DNA from: an uncultured bacterium
GTDB taxonomy: Bacteria > Chloroflexota > UBA5177 > JANWHV01
Reading direction: 5' to 3'
Assembly (NCBI GenBank): GCA_963827235.1
Contig: CAWHAE010000016.1
Span: forward strand, 1,120,001 to 1,184,000
Length of the DNA stretch: 64,000 nucleotides
Within the stretch, counting starts at the first letter, position 1, and the number at the start of each line of letters is the position of its first letter. The position numbers were made by a program, and so were the translations under genes. Below, piece after piece: positions 52,476-62,867 of this stretch. Under the pieces are notes generated by a model. It was not told the origin of the DNA. It did not search any database and worked only from the letters and a program-made list of their open reading frames with translations.

Positions 52476-53591
52476 TTACGACGCCGCTCCAGGATCTCGG
52501 GGGGCGCCGCGCGGGGCACCGATTGAGCCCCCGTCGTGGAACCGCATCGGCAGTATCACGCGGCGCGGCGGTTGGCCCGCCATCAGCTCCAGAAGTAGCT
52601 GCACTGCTGTCGTCCCCATTTCGAAGGCTGGCTGCCGTCCGCATGTGAACTGTGGTGGCGCGTACGGGAACGGATTCACTGGGTCGACGCTGCAGACCGA
52701 AAGATCGTCGGGTATACGCCATCCCAGCCGTTGGGCGGCGTTCCACGCAAGCAGTGCCAGCGCCGTATTGGTTGCGAACACCGCGGTAATCTCCGGATGC
52801 TCCAGGACGTAGCTGGCAAAGCGCGCAACCTGAACGTCTGTCACGCCGTCGTCGGCCCCCAGGTCAAGCTGCTGTTCAGTGTAGATGAGGGAGCGGGCTT
52901 GAGGGATGCCCGCGTCGGCGAGTGCATGCAGGTAACCCTCGACCCGGTCCTCGATCGTCGACGTGTCCTGGGGTGGATAGATCATCGCGCAGATGTGCTT
53001 GTGGCCTGCGGCGACCAGCTTGGCCACGAGTTCGCGTGCTCCAGCCACATTGTCGCTCTGGACCGACGCGCACTGGATGCCCCGCAGGTACCGATCGACG
53101 AGCACGAACGGATAGGCGTCTAGCGAAAGCCGCAGCACCTCCGCGTTGTAGGCCTCGCCATCCTGCAAGCAGAGCGCGATGCCCGCCGCCTGCGCTGCAC
53201 GCGCATCGCGTACGGCCCGCTCCTCGTCTTCACGCGCGGCGCCCGATAGGTAGAACAACAGGTTATAGCCCGACTCTCGGCCAGCCTGCTCTATACCGCG
53301 CAGCAATTCATGGTCGAAAGGATAGTCGATGTCCGGCTGAATCCAGGCCAGACACCCCCGTCGGCCGGCCTCCTTCGGACGCACACCTTCCAGGACGACT
53401 GTGCCGCGCCGCGGGGCTCGTTTCACCAAGCCCTCTCGTGCGAGCGAGGACAGCGCGGTCGCTGCGGTGCCACGGCTCACCGCATGGGTGGCGGCGAGCT
53501 CCACCTCCGTCGGCAGCTTGTCGCCCGGCTTGAAGACACCGGACATAATCTGAGCCCGCAGCAGATCGTGGATACGTCGATAATGCCCCAT
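52476..53591 (-). CDS. GntR-HTH + LacI-type sensor regulator (AraR-like)
   Basis: PGDKLPTEVELA...VSRGT..AL..L..EGLV; PFVLVDR, TAVFATN, IPDDLSV. Confidence 0.9.
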   Translation of the reverse strand: MGHYRRIHDLLRAQIMSGVFKPGDKLPTEVELAATHAVSRGTAATALSSLAREGLVKRAPRRGTVVLEGVRPKEAGRRGCLAWIQPDIDYPFDHELLRGIEQAGRESGYNLLFYLSGAAREDEERAVRDARAAQAAGIALCLQDGEAYNAEVLRLSLDAYPFVLVDRYLRGIQCASVQSDNVAGARELVAKLVAAGHKHICAMIYPPQDTSTIEDRVEGYLHALADAGIPQARSLIYTEQQLDLGADDGVTDVQVARFASYVLEHPEITAVFATNTALALLAWNAAQRLGWRIPDDLSVCSVDPVNPFPYAPPQFTCGRQPAFEMGTTAVQLLLELMAGQPPRRVILPMRFHDGGSIGAPRGAPRDPGAAS

Positions 53592-53900
53592 GCGCACCCT
53601 GGGCTGCACTGTTGCAGCAATGAACACACGCGTCGTCAGACACACCAAGCGTAACTCAAACGCTCTCGTGTAGCAATAGATCTTTCAATATAGCTAATCC
53701 TGATCGCTTCTCTCTCTCAGGACACATGGTCGGCCGAAGGTCGTCGCCAGGGCCTCGGCTACGCGGGCGTGCCCAGCTGTCATGCCCGTGGGAGTACAAG
53801 CGTGCTGGGCCTGGATCCTCCGGAAAAGCACGCCTGGCATTCACAACTCCAGGCTTGATTGACGCGACGACTTGAAGGCCGTTTGGCCGACACCTCTGTA

Positions 53901-53930
53901 TTGCAGAGCCCGGAGATCATATGCTATTAT
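53901..53930 (+). promoter_or_regulatory. Candidate promoter of the transporter/catabolic operon
   Basis: TTGCAG-N18-TATTAT with extended -10 TG. Confidence 0.45.
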
Positions 53931-54068
53931 GTCATAGCTATCCGTCAGGGCCGGAGAGCCGTCAACGATCATCCATCGTGGAATTAACTCCACAGAGCGC
54001 TGCAGGTTGGGGTCCGCGGGCCGGCAGACACGCAGCGCAATGTGTGTAGCGCGCGGGGGTCAGGCTGA

Positions 54069-54995
54069 ATGCTGGCAGGCGACGAGACTGCGACGGCCAA
54101 CCCAGAAGTGGACACGACGGCGTCGTTCACGGAATACCACCAATTGGTAGCTGTGTTCAGACGGGTTGCCCGCAGCAAGCTGGCTCTCATGGGCATGCTT
54201 GTCGCCGTGGCGCTGGTCGTGGTCGCCGTGGCCGCACCGCTGGTCGCTCCACACGATCCCAACGAGCAGTTTGATTCCGGCCTCAGCCTTTACGGGGCGC
54301 CGCTGCCACCTGGCCGCCACTTCCTGCTGGGCACGGATAGCCTTGGTCGGGATGTCGAGAGTCGCCTGATCTTCGGAGCGCGTATCTCTCTGCTTATAGG
54401 TATCGTGGCCAACGGGCTGGCTATAGCGATCGGCGTCACGCTGGGTGCCCTGGCTGGATACTTCGGCGGTCTGGTCGAGACGGCCATCATGCGGCTCACC
54501 GACATCATGATGGCGTTCCCGCTGATATTGCTCCTGATCGCCCTGGCGGTCATCCTGCAGCCGAGTGTCGGCGTGATTATTGTGGTCATCGCCATCGGTG
54601 GCTGGGCAGGCACGGCTCGACTGATCCGCGGCGAGATAATCTCGCTCAAAGAGCGAGAGTTCATCATGGCCGCGCGCGCAGTCGGCGTCTCCGATATGGG
54701 AATTCTGCTGCGTCACATGCTGCCGCACATAATCCCGACGATAATCGTGTGGCTCATGCTGGGTATCGCGCCGGCAATCATGACCGAAAGTGTGCTGAGC
54801 TTCCTTGGCGTAGGCGTACAGCCGCCGACGGCAAGTTGGGGCAATATGATCAGCGATGGCCAAGCCTATTTCCGTATCGCGCCATGGCTCGTGGTCTATC
54901 CAGGCCTGGCCATAGTAGTGACGGTCGTCAGTCTGAATCTGGTCGGGGATGCCCTGCGTGATGCGTTGTATGCGGGAAGCGGCAGGCGTGGGTGA
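54069..54995 (+). CDS. Opp/Dpp ABC permease (DppC-like)
   Basis: LGTDSLGRDV.SRL..GARISL, EFIMAARAVG, SFLGVG, SWGNMI. Confidence 0.93.
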   Translation: MLAGDETATANPEVDTTASFTEYHQLVAVFRRVARSKLALMGMLVAVALVVVAVAAPLVAPHDPNEQFDSGLSLYGAPLPPGRHFLLGTDSLGRDVESRLIFGARISLLIGIVANGLAIAIGVTLGALAGYFGGLVETAIMRLTDIMMAFPLILLLIALAVILQPSVGVIIVVIAIGGWAGTARLIRGEIISLKEREFIMAARAVGVSDMGILLRHMLPHIIPTIIVWLMLGIAPAIMTESVLSFLGVGVQPPTASWGNMISDGQAYFRIAPWLVVYPGLAIVVTVVSLNLVGDALRDALYAGSGRRG

Positions 54996-55101
54996 GGGGG
55001 TGGTCTGCACACAGAGACAAAAGTAGCGGTGCCGGTGCCTGTTCGCGGTGACAAGCCCAAGGTGCAAACGCAATGCGTACACAACATGTAGTAGAGAAGT
55101 G

Positions 55102-56724
55102 ATGAAGGCGATGAGACGCGCAACTGTCGGCGCTCTGCTGGTCTGTATGCTTATCTTGCCGGCGTTAGGTCAATCGACAACCCGGGCGGCCACTACCCGC
55201 GCCACAGGGGGGACGCTGGTGGTCACCGCCCAGGCCGACCTTCCCTCGCTGGACCCGGCGATCGCCTACGACTTCAACGGTTACAACACGATCCATAACA
55301 TGTTCAATGGTCTGCTCGACTACAAGCAAGGCACCCTGCAGCTGGTGCCCTCCATCGCGGCGGCCATGCCCACTGTGAGCGCCGACGGTCTGGTATGGAC
55401 GTTCAACCTGCGCAAAGGAGTCCTGTTCCAGGAACCGGTCAATCGTGAGGTCCAGGCGTCGGACTTCAAGTACAGCTGGGAACGTGTGCTCAATCCCAAA
55501 ACCGCGAGTCCGGGCTCGGGTTTCTTCATGGACATCCAGGGCGCGGCCGCCTATGCCGCGGGCAAGGCGAAGGACGTGTCGGGGATCCAAGTCCTTGGGC
55601 CATACACACTGCAGATACGTCTGGTCAAGCCCTACGTTCCCTTCAAGTACATCTGCGCCATGACCTTCGCCTACGTGGTCCCGCGGGAAATCGTGGACAA
55701 GTATCCCAAGGACTTCTCGCACCACGCCGTGGGCACCGGCGCCTTCAGGCTGGCCCAGTGGATTCCAGGCCAGAAGATTGTGCTGGAGCGAAACCCTCAC
55801 TTCTTCATCAGCGGCCTGCCACGCGTGGACAGTGTCGTCTTCAATATCGGCCCGGCCCCCGATGTCGCCATCATGCAGGTCCAGCGCGATCAGGCCGACA
55901 TCCCTTCCGATGAGCTTACCGCCCCGGAGTACCTGAGCCTGAAGACAGATCCCCAATGGGGACCGCGCATCTATAGGGAACCAAGCATTGCCACCACCTA
56001 CATCTTTATGAACACTGCGATACCCCCGTTCACCAACAGGCTGGTACGGCAAGCCGTGGCCATGGCGTTCAACAAAGAGCGCCTCGTGGCGGTGGGCTCC
56101 GGCGGCCTGGGCTCGCCGACCGGTGGCGTGCTGCCCCCGCTGATGCCCTGTTACGATTCCCACCTGAAGACCTGGCAGTATGACCCGGCACAGGCTCGGC
56201 AGTTGCTGGCCCAGGCCGGATATCCTCATGGCTTCAGCACCACGATCTATGCCAGCGGCACTAGTGTGTCGCAAGCGCGTCCCGAAGAAGTGATGCAACA
56301 GGAGCTGGCCGCCATCGGCGTTAAGGCGGATATTAAGATGGCCGTCGGCTCGACCTGGGCCACGTTGATCACCACGCCCAAGGCAGTGCCGATCTCCCTG
56401 AACGCCTGGACGCTCGACTTCCCTGATCCGTCCGACTTCATTGACCCTATCTTGACGACCGCAGCCGCCCAGAACGGCGGCTCGAATTTCGCATTCTACA
56501 GCAATCCCCTCGTGGATAACCTGGCTGCCAGGGCCGATCAAGAACAGGATCAGGCCAAGCGATGCTCGCTCTACCACCAGGCGGAGCAAACCATCGTCGA
56601 CGATGCGCCCTGGGTGCCGATCTACAACCCTGACCACGCCACTATCGTCTCCTCGCACGTGGCAGGGTTCTACATGAGCCCAATCTGGTATGGATATGAC
56701 TTCGAGTACTACAGCGTGAAGTAA
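55102..56724 (+). CDS. ABC substrate-binding protein family 5 (DppA-like)
   Basis: Signal peptide; SLDPA, SADGLVWTFNLRKG, VGTGAF, VRQAVAMA, ARQLLAQAG. Confidence 0.93.
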   Translation: MKAMRRATVGALLVCMLILPALGQSTTRAATTRATGGTLVVTAQADLPSLDPAIAYDFNGYNTIHNMFNGLLDYKQGTLQLVPSIAAAMPTVSADGLVWTFNLRKGVLFQEPVNREVQASDFKYSWERVLNPKTASPGSGFFMDIQGAAAYAAGKAKDVSGIQVLGPYTLQIRLVKPYVPFKYICAMTFAYVVPREIVDKYPKDFSHHAVGTGAFRLAQWIPGQKIVLERNPHFFISGLPRVDSVVFNIGPAPDVAIMQVQRDQADIPSDELTAPEYLSLKTDPQWGPRIYREPSIATTYIFMNTAIPPFTNRLVRQAVAMAFNKERLVAVGSGGLGSPTGGVLPPLMPCYDSHLKTWQYDPAQARQLLAQAGYPHGFSTTIYASGTSVSQARPEEVMQQELAAIGVKADIKMAVGSTWATLITTPKAVPISLNAWTLDFPDPSDFIDPILTTAAAQNGGSNFAFYSNPLVDNLAARADQEQDQAKRCSLYHQAEQTIVDDAPWVPIYNPDHATIVSSHVAGFYMSPIWYGYDFEYYSVK

Positions 56725-56726
56725 CA

Positions 56727-57647
56727 ATGGCCAGCTACATCATTCGCCGGCTCCTGTGGGTTGTCGTGGTTCTGTGGGGTGTGTCAGTGCTCACCTTCAT
56801 CGTCACCTATGCCGTGCCGGCCGATCCGGCCAGACTCTACGCAGGCACACACGCCTCCGCCGCTGCAGTGCAGAGCATCCGGCACCAGATGGGACTCGAC
56901 CAGCCTGCCTACGTGCAGTACGTTGAGTACCTCTGGCGGGTCCTGCACGGAGATTTCGGTTACTCGTACCACCTGGGACTGAACGTGCTGCCGGCCATCG
57001 CCGGGCGTTTCCCGGCTACGGCTGAGCTGGCGTTGGGCGGCATCGTCGCCGAGATGCTCCTCGGCTTGCCGCTCGGCATCATCGCCGCACTTCGTCACGG
57101 TGGCGCCATGGACAGGGTGATCCTGTTGGTGAGTCTTGTCGGGATCTCCGCTCCCCAGTTCTGGCTCGGCCTGATGTTGATCTACTACTTCGGCTACGTC
57201 TGGCCGATCTTCCCTCTGGGTGGCTATGGCAGTCTCATCAACCTCGTGCTGCCGTCGCTGACTTTGGGAATCGGAGGTGCTGGGTGGTATGCGCGCATGC
57301 TGCGCTCGACAATGCTAGACATCATGGAGATGGACTACGTGCGCACGGCACGGGCGAAGGGTGTGCCCCGAAGGGGAATAGTAGTGCGGCACATGTTGCG
57401 GAACGCCCTTAGCCCCATCGTCACCATGCTGGGCCTCGATCTCGGCTACTTTTTGGGCGGCGTGCTGGTCGTGGAGACGGTCTTCGGCTGGCCGGGCATA
57501 GGCAGGCAGGGCTGGGAGGCCATCAGTTACCAGGACGTACCGATGATTATGGGCACGGTGCTCTTCGCCGCTCTGGTGATTGTCCTCGTCAACCTTGTTG
57601 TCGACGTGAGCTACGGCTTCCTCGATCCCCGCGTGCGTTACGAGTGA
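56727..57647 (+). CDS. Opp/Dpp ABC permease (DppB-like)
   Basis: YIIRRLL, GLDQP.YVQY, DYVRTARAKG, VETVFGWPGIG, LDPRVR. Confidence 0.93.
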   Translation: MASYIIRRLLWVVVVLWGVSVLTFIVTYAVPADPARLYAGTHASAAAVQSIRHQMGLDQPAYVQYVEYLWRVLHGDFGYSYHLGLNVLPAIAGRFPATAELALGGIVAEMLLGLPLGIIAALRHGGAMDRVILLVSLVGISAPQFWLGLMLIYYFGYVWPIFPLGGYGSLINLVLPSLTLGIGGAGWYARMLRSTMLDIMEMDYVRTARAKGVPRRGIVVRHMLRNALSPIVTMLGLDLGYFLGGVLVVETVFGWPGIGRQGWEAISYQDVPMIMGTVLFAALVIVLVNLVVDVSYGFLDPRVRYE

Positions 57648-57728
57648 GCGGGCCGATAGGCCCCTTCGGCCTGCTCACCCGTAGCGCACATCACATGAAG
57701 TATCAGACCCGCGGAGGGAGGACAGGCG

Positions 57729-59054
57729 ATGACCAGGATCACGTTTGTCGGCGCCGGCAGTTACAACTTTACCCGCGAGCTCGTGCGCGATATCCTGACC
57801 TTTCCCCTGCTGCCCGACAGCACACTCGTGCTTATGGACATCGATGCCGAGCGGCTCGAGTTCGCCGATAGGTCGGTGCGGCGGATCGTCGAGCTGGGAC
57901 GTTACCCGGCCCGCGTTGAGGTGACCATGGACCGGCCCACTGCGCTCAAGGACGCGGATGTCGTCGTCTGCACCATCCTGTCTGGTGGCGTCGACGTCTG
58001 GCAGCATGACCTCCTGATACCACAGACGTACGGCATTGATACCAACGTCGGCGACACACGTGGGCCGTCCGGCATCTTCCGCGCCCTTCGCACCATCCCC
58101 GTGCTGCTCGACATCGTGAAGGACATGGAGCGCTACTGCCCGGGAGCGGTATTGCTCAACTATACCAACCCAATGGCCATGCTCTGCCGCGCTGTCCAGC
58201 GCGAAACCTCCGTTCGCGCGACAGGCCTGTGCCATAGCGTGCAAGGGACTGCGGAGATGCTGGCGGGCTGGATCGGCGCGCCGGTGAGCGAGATCACCTA
58301 TACCTGCGCCGGCATCAACCATCAGGCATGGTACCTGCGCTTCGCATGGAACGGACGCGATGCCTACCCGCTGATCCGCGAGGCCGTGGAGAAACCCGAG
58401 ATATACAGCCAGGAGATTGTGCGCAACGAGATCTTCCATGCCCTGGGCTTCTATCCGACCGAATCGAGTGGCCACAATTCCGAGTACAACTGGTGGTTCC
58501 GAAAGCGGCCCGACCTGATCGCGAAGTATTGTCTACCCGGAACCGGATGGAATCCGGGCGAGTTCGGCTACAGCTTGAAGGAATACCGTCAACGCGAAAA
58601 GACCTGGCGCGATGAGGCAAGCAGCTGGTACGCGGCAGATGCGCCCATCGATCTCGCGCGAGGAAACGAATACGCAGCGTCCATCATCAATGCACTCCAG
58701 GGCGGTGAGCCTTTCTGCTTCAACGGCAACGTGCGCAACAGCTCGCTGATAACGAATCTGCCGCCCGATGCCTGCGTCGAGGTGCCCGTGTACGTGGACC
58801 GGGGCGGTTTCCATCCGGTGCATGTGGGCGCGCTGCCGCCACAGCTTGTCGCGCTCAACCACGTAAGCGTCATGGTAGAGGAAATGGCCGTCGAGGCGGC
58901 CCTTACCGGCGATCCGCGGCTGGTATTCCAGGCGATCGCCTACGACCCACTGACTGCGGCAGTACTCTCCCTGGCCGAGATCCGGGCACTGGTCAACGAG
59001 ATGCTGGAACAGAATCGTTCCTACCTGCCGCAGTTCCGGCACTTCGTGGCGTAG
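57729..59054 (+). CDS. melA: NAD+-dependent alpha-galactosidase (GH4)
   Basis: [57 protein letters not shown]. Confidence 0.88.
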   Translation: MTRITFVGAGSYNFTRELVRDILTFPLLPDSTLVLMDIDAERLEFADRSVRRIVELGRYPARVEVTMDRPTALKDADVVVCTILSGGVDVWQHDLLIPQTYGIDTNVGDTRGPSGIFRALRTIPVLLDIVKDMERYCPGAVLLNYTNPMAMLCRAVQRETSVRATGLCHSVQGTAEMLAGWIGAPVSEITYTCAGINHQAWYLRFAWNGRDAYPLIREAVEKPEIYSQEIVRNEIFHALGFYPTESSGHNSEYNWWFRKRPDLIAKYCLPGTGWNPGEFGYSLKEYRQREKTWRDEASSWYAADAPIDLARGNEYAASIINALQGGEPFCFNGNVRNSSLITNLPPDACVEVPVYVDRGGFHPVHVGALPPQLVALNHVSVMVEEMAVEAALTGDPRLVFQAIAYDPLTAAVLSLAEIRALVNEMLEQNRSYLPQFRHFVA

Positions 59055-59156
59055 TCGAAGCTGCCACGGCCGCCTGGCGGGAACCAGGCGGCCGTGCGAA
59101 AGTCGACGGGCACGGCGCAGATTGGTGGATGCGATGCAATACGGAAAGGCTTGCCA

Positions 59157-59924
59157 ATGGGTGTGCTCGATGGGAAGAAAGTGCTGGTGACAGGAGCGGG
59201 AACTGGTATCGGCCGCGGCATCGCCATGGAGTGTGCGCGGGCGGGGGCCAGTGTAGCGCTGCACTATGCTTCTAGCGGCCAGGGGGCGCAGGACGCACTG
59301 GAAACGCTGCGGAGCGAAGATGTCGAAGCCGTGGCCGTACAGGCGGATCTCAGCCGAACAGTCGAGTGCCAGGAGCTCGTAGACAGGGCCGCGGCACTCC
59401 TCGGGGGTCTCGACGTGCTGATCAACAACGCCGGCGTCAGTCTCAAGAAACCATTTCTCGACACGACGGTGGACGACTTCGACTTTGTCGTCGGCCTGAA
59501 CTTGCGCGGCTACTTCTTGTGCGCGCAACGGGCCGTGTCCTATCTGCTGGACCGAGGCGGTGGCTGCATCCTCAATATATCTTCAGGGCAGGCTATTCTG
59601 GGAGTGCCCGGACACGCAGCCTATGCAGCCACCAAGGGTGCAATCGTCAGCTTCACCCGCGAGTTGGCAGTCGAGCTGGCACCATTGCGCATCCGGGTCA
59701 ATGCTGTCGGGCCGGGTCTGATCGAAGTGCCGCGCTTCTACACTGCTATGCCCGGCTACACCCGTGAGCGCGCGGCGTCGCAGATACCCTGGGGCCGGGT
59801 CGGCGTTCCCGAGGATGTTGGACGGGTCGTCGTATTCCTCGTCTCGGATGCAGCCGACTTCGTCACCGGGCAGATGCTGTACGTCGACGGCGGCACGACC
59901 GCCACAATTCCAGATGCGCTGTGA
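59157..59924 (+). CDS. SDR oxidoreductase (probable sugar dehydrogenase)
   Basis: TGAGTGIG, NNAG, YAATK, IRVNAVGPG, FVTGQ.LYVDGG. Confidence 0.9.
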   Translation: MGVLDGKKVLVTGAGTGIGRGIAMECARAGASVALHYASSGQGAQDALETLRSEDVEAVAVQADLSRTVECQELVDRAAALLGGLDVLINNAGVSLKKPFLDTTVDDFDFVVGLNLRGYFLCAQRAVSYLLDRGGGCILNISSGQAILGVPGHAAYAATKGAIVSFTRELAVELAPLRIRVNAVGPGLIEVPRFYTAMPGYTRERAASQIPWGRVGVPEDVGRVVVFLVSDAADFVTGQMLYVDGGTTATIPDAL

Positions 59925-60047
59925 GGTGCGTGGTTCCTTATAGGGCTGAGCACACTCGGTCACTGCGCGCGATACGTAATCGACATCTGTCCGTCTGCCG
60001 GCTCACCGACGATACGGATGGAATGCAACCACAGAGAGGCGTGAGGC

Positions 60048-61802
60048 ATGGTGCAACCCACGGTCGACACGAGCCGGGGCGTGTCGCGCAGCGGCGCGTG
60101 GCTCAATCGGACGGACTTCGAGGGCTGGGCGCAGCGGGGCTGCCTCAAGGCTGAGGGATTCTCCGAAGCATCGTTCAAGAACCGCCCGGTCATAGGCATC
60201 TGCAACACGTGGAGCGAGCTCGTCCACTGCAATGCGCACCTACGAGCTGTTGCCGAGGCGGTCAAACGCGGCGTGCTCCAGGCCGGCGGGTTCCCGCTGG
60301 AGTTTCCGGTGATGTCGCTCGGCGAGCCGTTCATGAAGCCCACGACCATGCTCTACCGGAATCTGATGGCTATGGACGTCGAGGAATCCATCCGCGCCTA
60401 TCCGCTGGATGGCGTGGTGCTGCTGGTGGGGTGTGACAAGACAACGCCCGCTTGCCTGATGGGGGCTGCCAGTGCCGACGTCCCGGCTATCGTCGTACCC
60501 GGTGGCCCACAACTCAACGCATACTGGCGGGGACGGCCGATCGGCAACTGCACGGACTGCTGGTTCTACACCGAAGAGTTCCGGGCAGGCCGGATCTCGC
60601 TGGCAGATTGGCAGGACCTCGAGGAGTCGGCGGTCCGCTCCCCGGGCCACTGCATGACAATGGGCACGGCGTCCACCATGGCTTGTCTGGTCGAAGCGCT
60701 CGGGATGGCGCTTCCCGGATCGGCCGCCATACCGGCGGCCGATTCGCGTCATAAGCGAGCCGCCGAGGCGGCGGGCCGATCAATCGTCGATCTTGTCCGG
60801 CGCGATGTGAGGCCGTCCTCAATACTCACGATGCAGTCGTTTGAGAACGCCATTCGGACCCTGCACGCGATCGGCGGCTCGACGAACGGCATCCTGCACC
60901 TTATCGCGCTTGCAGGCCGCGTCGGCATCCCGCTGCCGCTCGAAATGTTCGAATCGCTCGGCGCCACGACGCCGTGCCTGCTCAACCTCAAGCCTTCCGG
61001 GTCATACCTCATGGAGGATTTCTTTTTCGCTGGCGGCCTGCCTGCCCTCTTGACCCGCATCCGCGATCTCCTGCATCTGGACACGCCGACTGTGTCGGGA
61101 CAGACCATCGGCGAGACACTCGACAGGGTCGCGGTCGTCAACGAGGCGGTCATACTGCCGAGAAGTCAGCCTCTCTCGCCGCACGGCGCGCTCAACGTGC
61201 TGCACGGGAATCTCTGTCCAGATGGCGCAGTGATCAAGGTGACAGCGGCGTCTAAGGAACTACTTGTCCATGAGGGAACGGCGGTCGTGTTTGAGGACCT
61301 CGCCGACCTTGAAGCGCGGCTCGACGATCCGGAGCTCGAAGTTGACCCATCCAGCGTGCTTGTGCTGAAGAACGCTGGACCATTAGGCGCCCCTGGCATG
61401 CCTGAGGTCGGTCAGCTCCCGATCCCCAAGAAGCTGTTGCGCGCCGGGGTCAGCGATATGGTACGCATCAGCGATGCGCGGATGAGCGGAACGGCGTACG
61501 GCACTGTGGTGCTGCACATCGCGCCCGAGTCGGCGGTCGGCGGGCCGCTATCCCTGGTACAGAACGGCGATCCTATTCGGCTCGACGTATCGAGCCGTTG
61601 CCTCGACCTGCTGGTGGACCAGCCGGAGCTGTCTCGACGCCAGCTTGCTTGGCGCGCGCGTGCGCCGTACTACGATCGCGGATTCGGAAAGCTCTACCTG
61701 GAGCACGTGCAGCAGGCAAATCTCGGCTGCGATTTCGACTTTCTGCGGGGCGCTACTCCTTGTATCGGTGCGGAGCCTCTTGCGCGGGCCGGAGCGGAGT
61801 AA
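60048..61802 (+). CDS. IlvD/Edd-family sugar-acid dehydratase (L-arabinonate dehydratase-like)
   Basis: PVIGICNTWSE..CNAHL, PTTMLYRNL, GCDKTTPA, GHCMTMGTASTM, GGSTN, ISDARMSGT. Confidence 0.92.
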   Translation: MVQPTVDTSRGVSRSGAWLNRTDFEGWAQRGCLKAEGFSEASFKNRPVIGICNTWSELVHCNAHLRAVAEAVKRGVLQAGGFPLEFPVMSLGEPFMKPTTMLYRNLMAMDVEESIRAYPLDGVVLLVGCDKTTPACLMGAASADVPAIVVPGGPQLNAYWRGRPIGNCTDCWFYTEEFRAGRISLADWQDLEESAVRSPGHCMTMGTASTMACLVEALGMALPGSAAIPAADSRHKRAAEAAGRSIVDLVRRDVRPSSILTMQSFENAIRTLHAIGGSTNGILHLIALAGRVGIPLPLEMFESLGATTPCLLNLKPSGSYLMEDFFFAGGLPALLTRIRDLLHLDTPTVSGQTIGETLDRVAVVNEAVILPRSQPLSPHGALNVLHGNLCPDGAVIKVTAASKELLVHEGTAVVFEDLADLEARLDDPELEVDPSSVLVLKNAGPLGAPGMPEVGQLPIPKKLLRAGVSDMVRISDARMSGTAYGTVVLHIAPESAVGGPLSLVQNGDPIRLDVSSRCLDLLVDQPELSRRQLAWRARAPYYDRGFGKLYLEHVQQANLGCDFDFLRGATPCIGAEPLARAGAE

Positions 61803-61820
61803 CGCCGGAAGGAGCGTGAA

Positions 61821-62714
61821 GTGGTGCTCAGCGGTATAGTCTGTCCGATGATGAGTCCGATCGATAGCGAAGGGCGCGTGAACCGCACCGCGACGGCCGC
61901 CCTCACCGGCCATCTGCTAGCCGGGCCGGTCGATGCCATCCTGGTAGCCGGCACGACCGGGGAGTTTCACTGCCTCTCGGACGCTGCATGGTCGTCGCTG
62001 ATAGACGTTGCGCTTTGTGAGATCGCTGGGGCGGTCCCGGTCCTCGTCAATGTGTCGCATTGCAGCGTGCGCGTGGCGGCGGAACGCGCGCGCCACGCGG
62101 CACGCCAGGGAGCCACCTATGTGACCTCGATACCACCCTACTATGTGCCGCTCGGAAACGACGGCCTCGTCGCGTTCTATCAGCATCTGGCCGACGCATC
62201 GAGTGTGCCGCTCGTTCTCTACAACATCCCCCAGTTCACCAAGTGCGACCTAATGCCGGTGCTGCCAATCCTGGCGGAACACCCGAACATCGTGGGCATC
62301 AAGGAATCGTCAGGGCTGCTCGAGGGGCTGACCGCGATCCCGCGGCGAGTTGGTCGACCATTCATTCGGCTGGCTGGCACCGACGTACTCTTGCCTGCCG
62401 CGGTTGCTCAGCAGATCGACGGCGTGGTGCCCGGTCTCGCCAATGTGATTCCGCGGCTGTACCGCCAATGGTGGGACACTCTGGAATCTGGTGATCGAGC
62501 CCATGCGCATGACAGCGAAGCCGGGATCCATGCCTTCACCGACCTCTACGCGGCGGTGCCTGGGGCAGCACCTCATATGGCTGTGTATCGTTCCGGTCTC
62601 CGCTTGCTCGGCATCGATCCCGGAAGTCCCTGCGGCATTGATGCGTCGCTTCCCGAGCACGTGCAGCGCCAGCTCGAAGCGGCGTTGGCGAACGCGACCC
62701 AGCTCGCGCCCTGA
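61821..62714 (+). CDS. DHDPS/N-acetylneuraminate lyase-family aldolase (probable 2-keto-3-deoxy sugar-acid aldolase)
   Basis: GTTGEF, PPYY, LYNIP, GIKES. Confidence 0.85.
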   Translation: MVLSGIVCPMMSPIDSEGRVNRTATAALTGHLLAGPVDAILVAGTTGEFHCLSDAAWSSLIDVALCEIAGAVPVLVNVSHCSVRVAAERARHAARQGATYVTSIPPYYVPLGNDGLVAFYQHLADASSVPLVLYNIPQFTKCDLMPVLPILAEHPNIVGIKESSGLLEGLTAIPRRVGRPFIRLAGTDVLLPAAVAQQIDGVVPGLANVIPRLYRQWWDTLESGDRAHAHDSEAGIHAFTDLYAAVPGAAPHMAVYRSGLRLLGIDPGSPCGIDASLPEHVQRQLEAALANATQLAP

Positions 62715-62867
62715 TACGAACACGTCGCATAACTACTGAAACCGTCGGTCGCTCTCCGCTCAGGCAGAATTCGGAAACCGTCATCTCCTGCATCAGCGCA
62801 ATCTCGCGCGAGAGAACCTCGTCGGCGTCGGCGGAGTGCGTCTTCGATCAACAGTGAGGAGACTGCT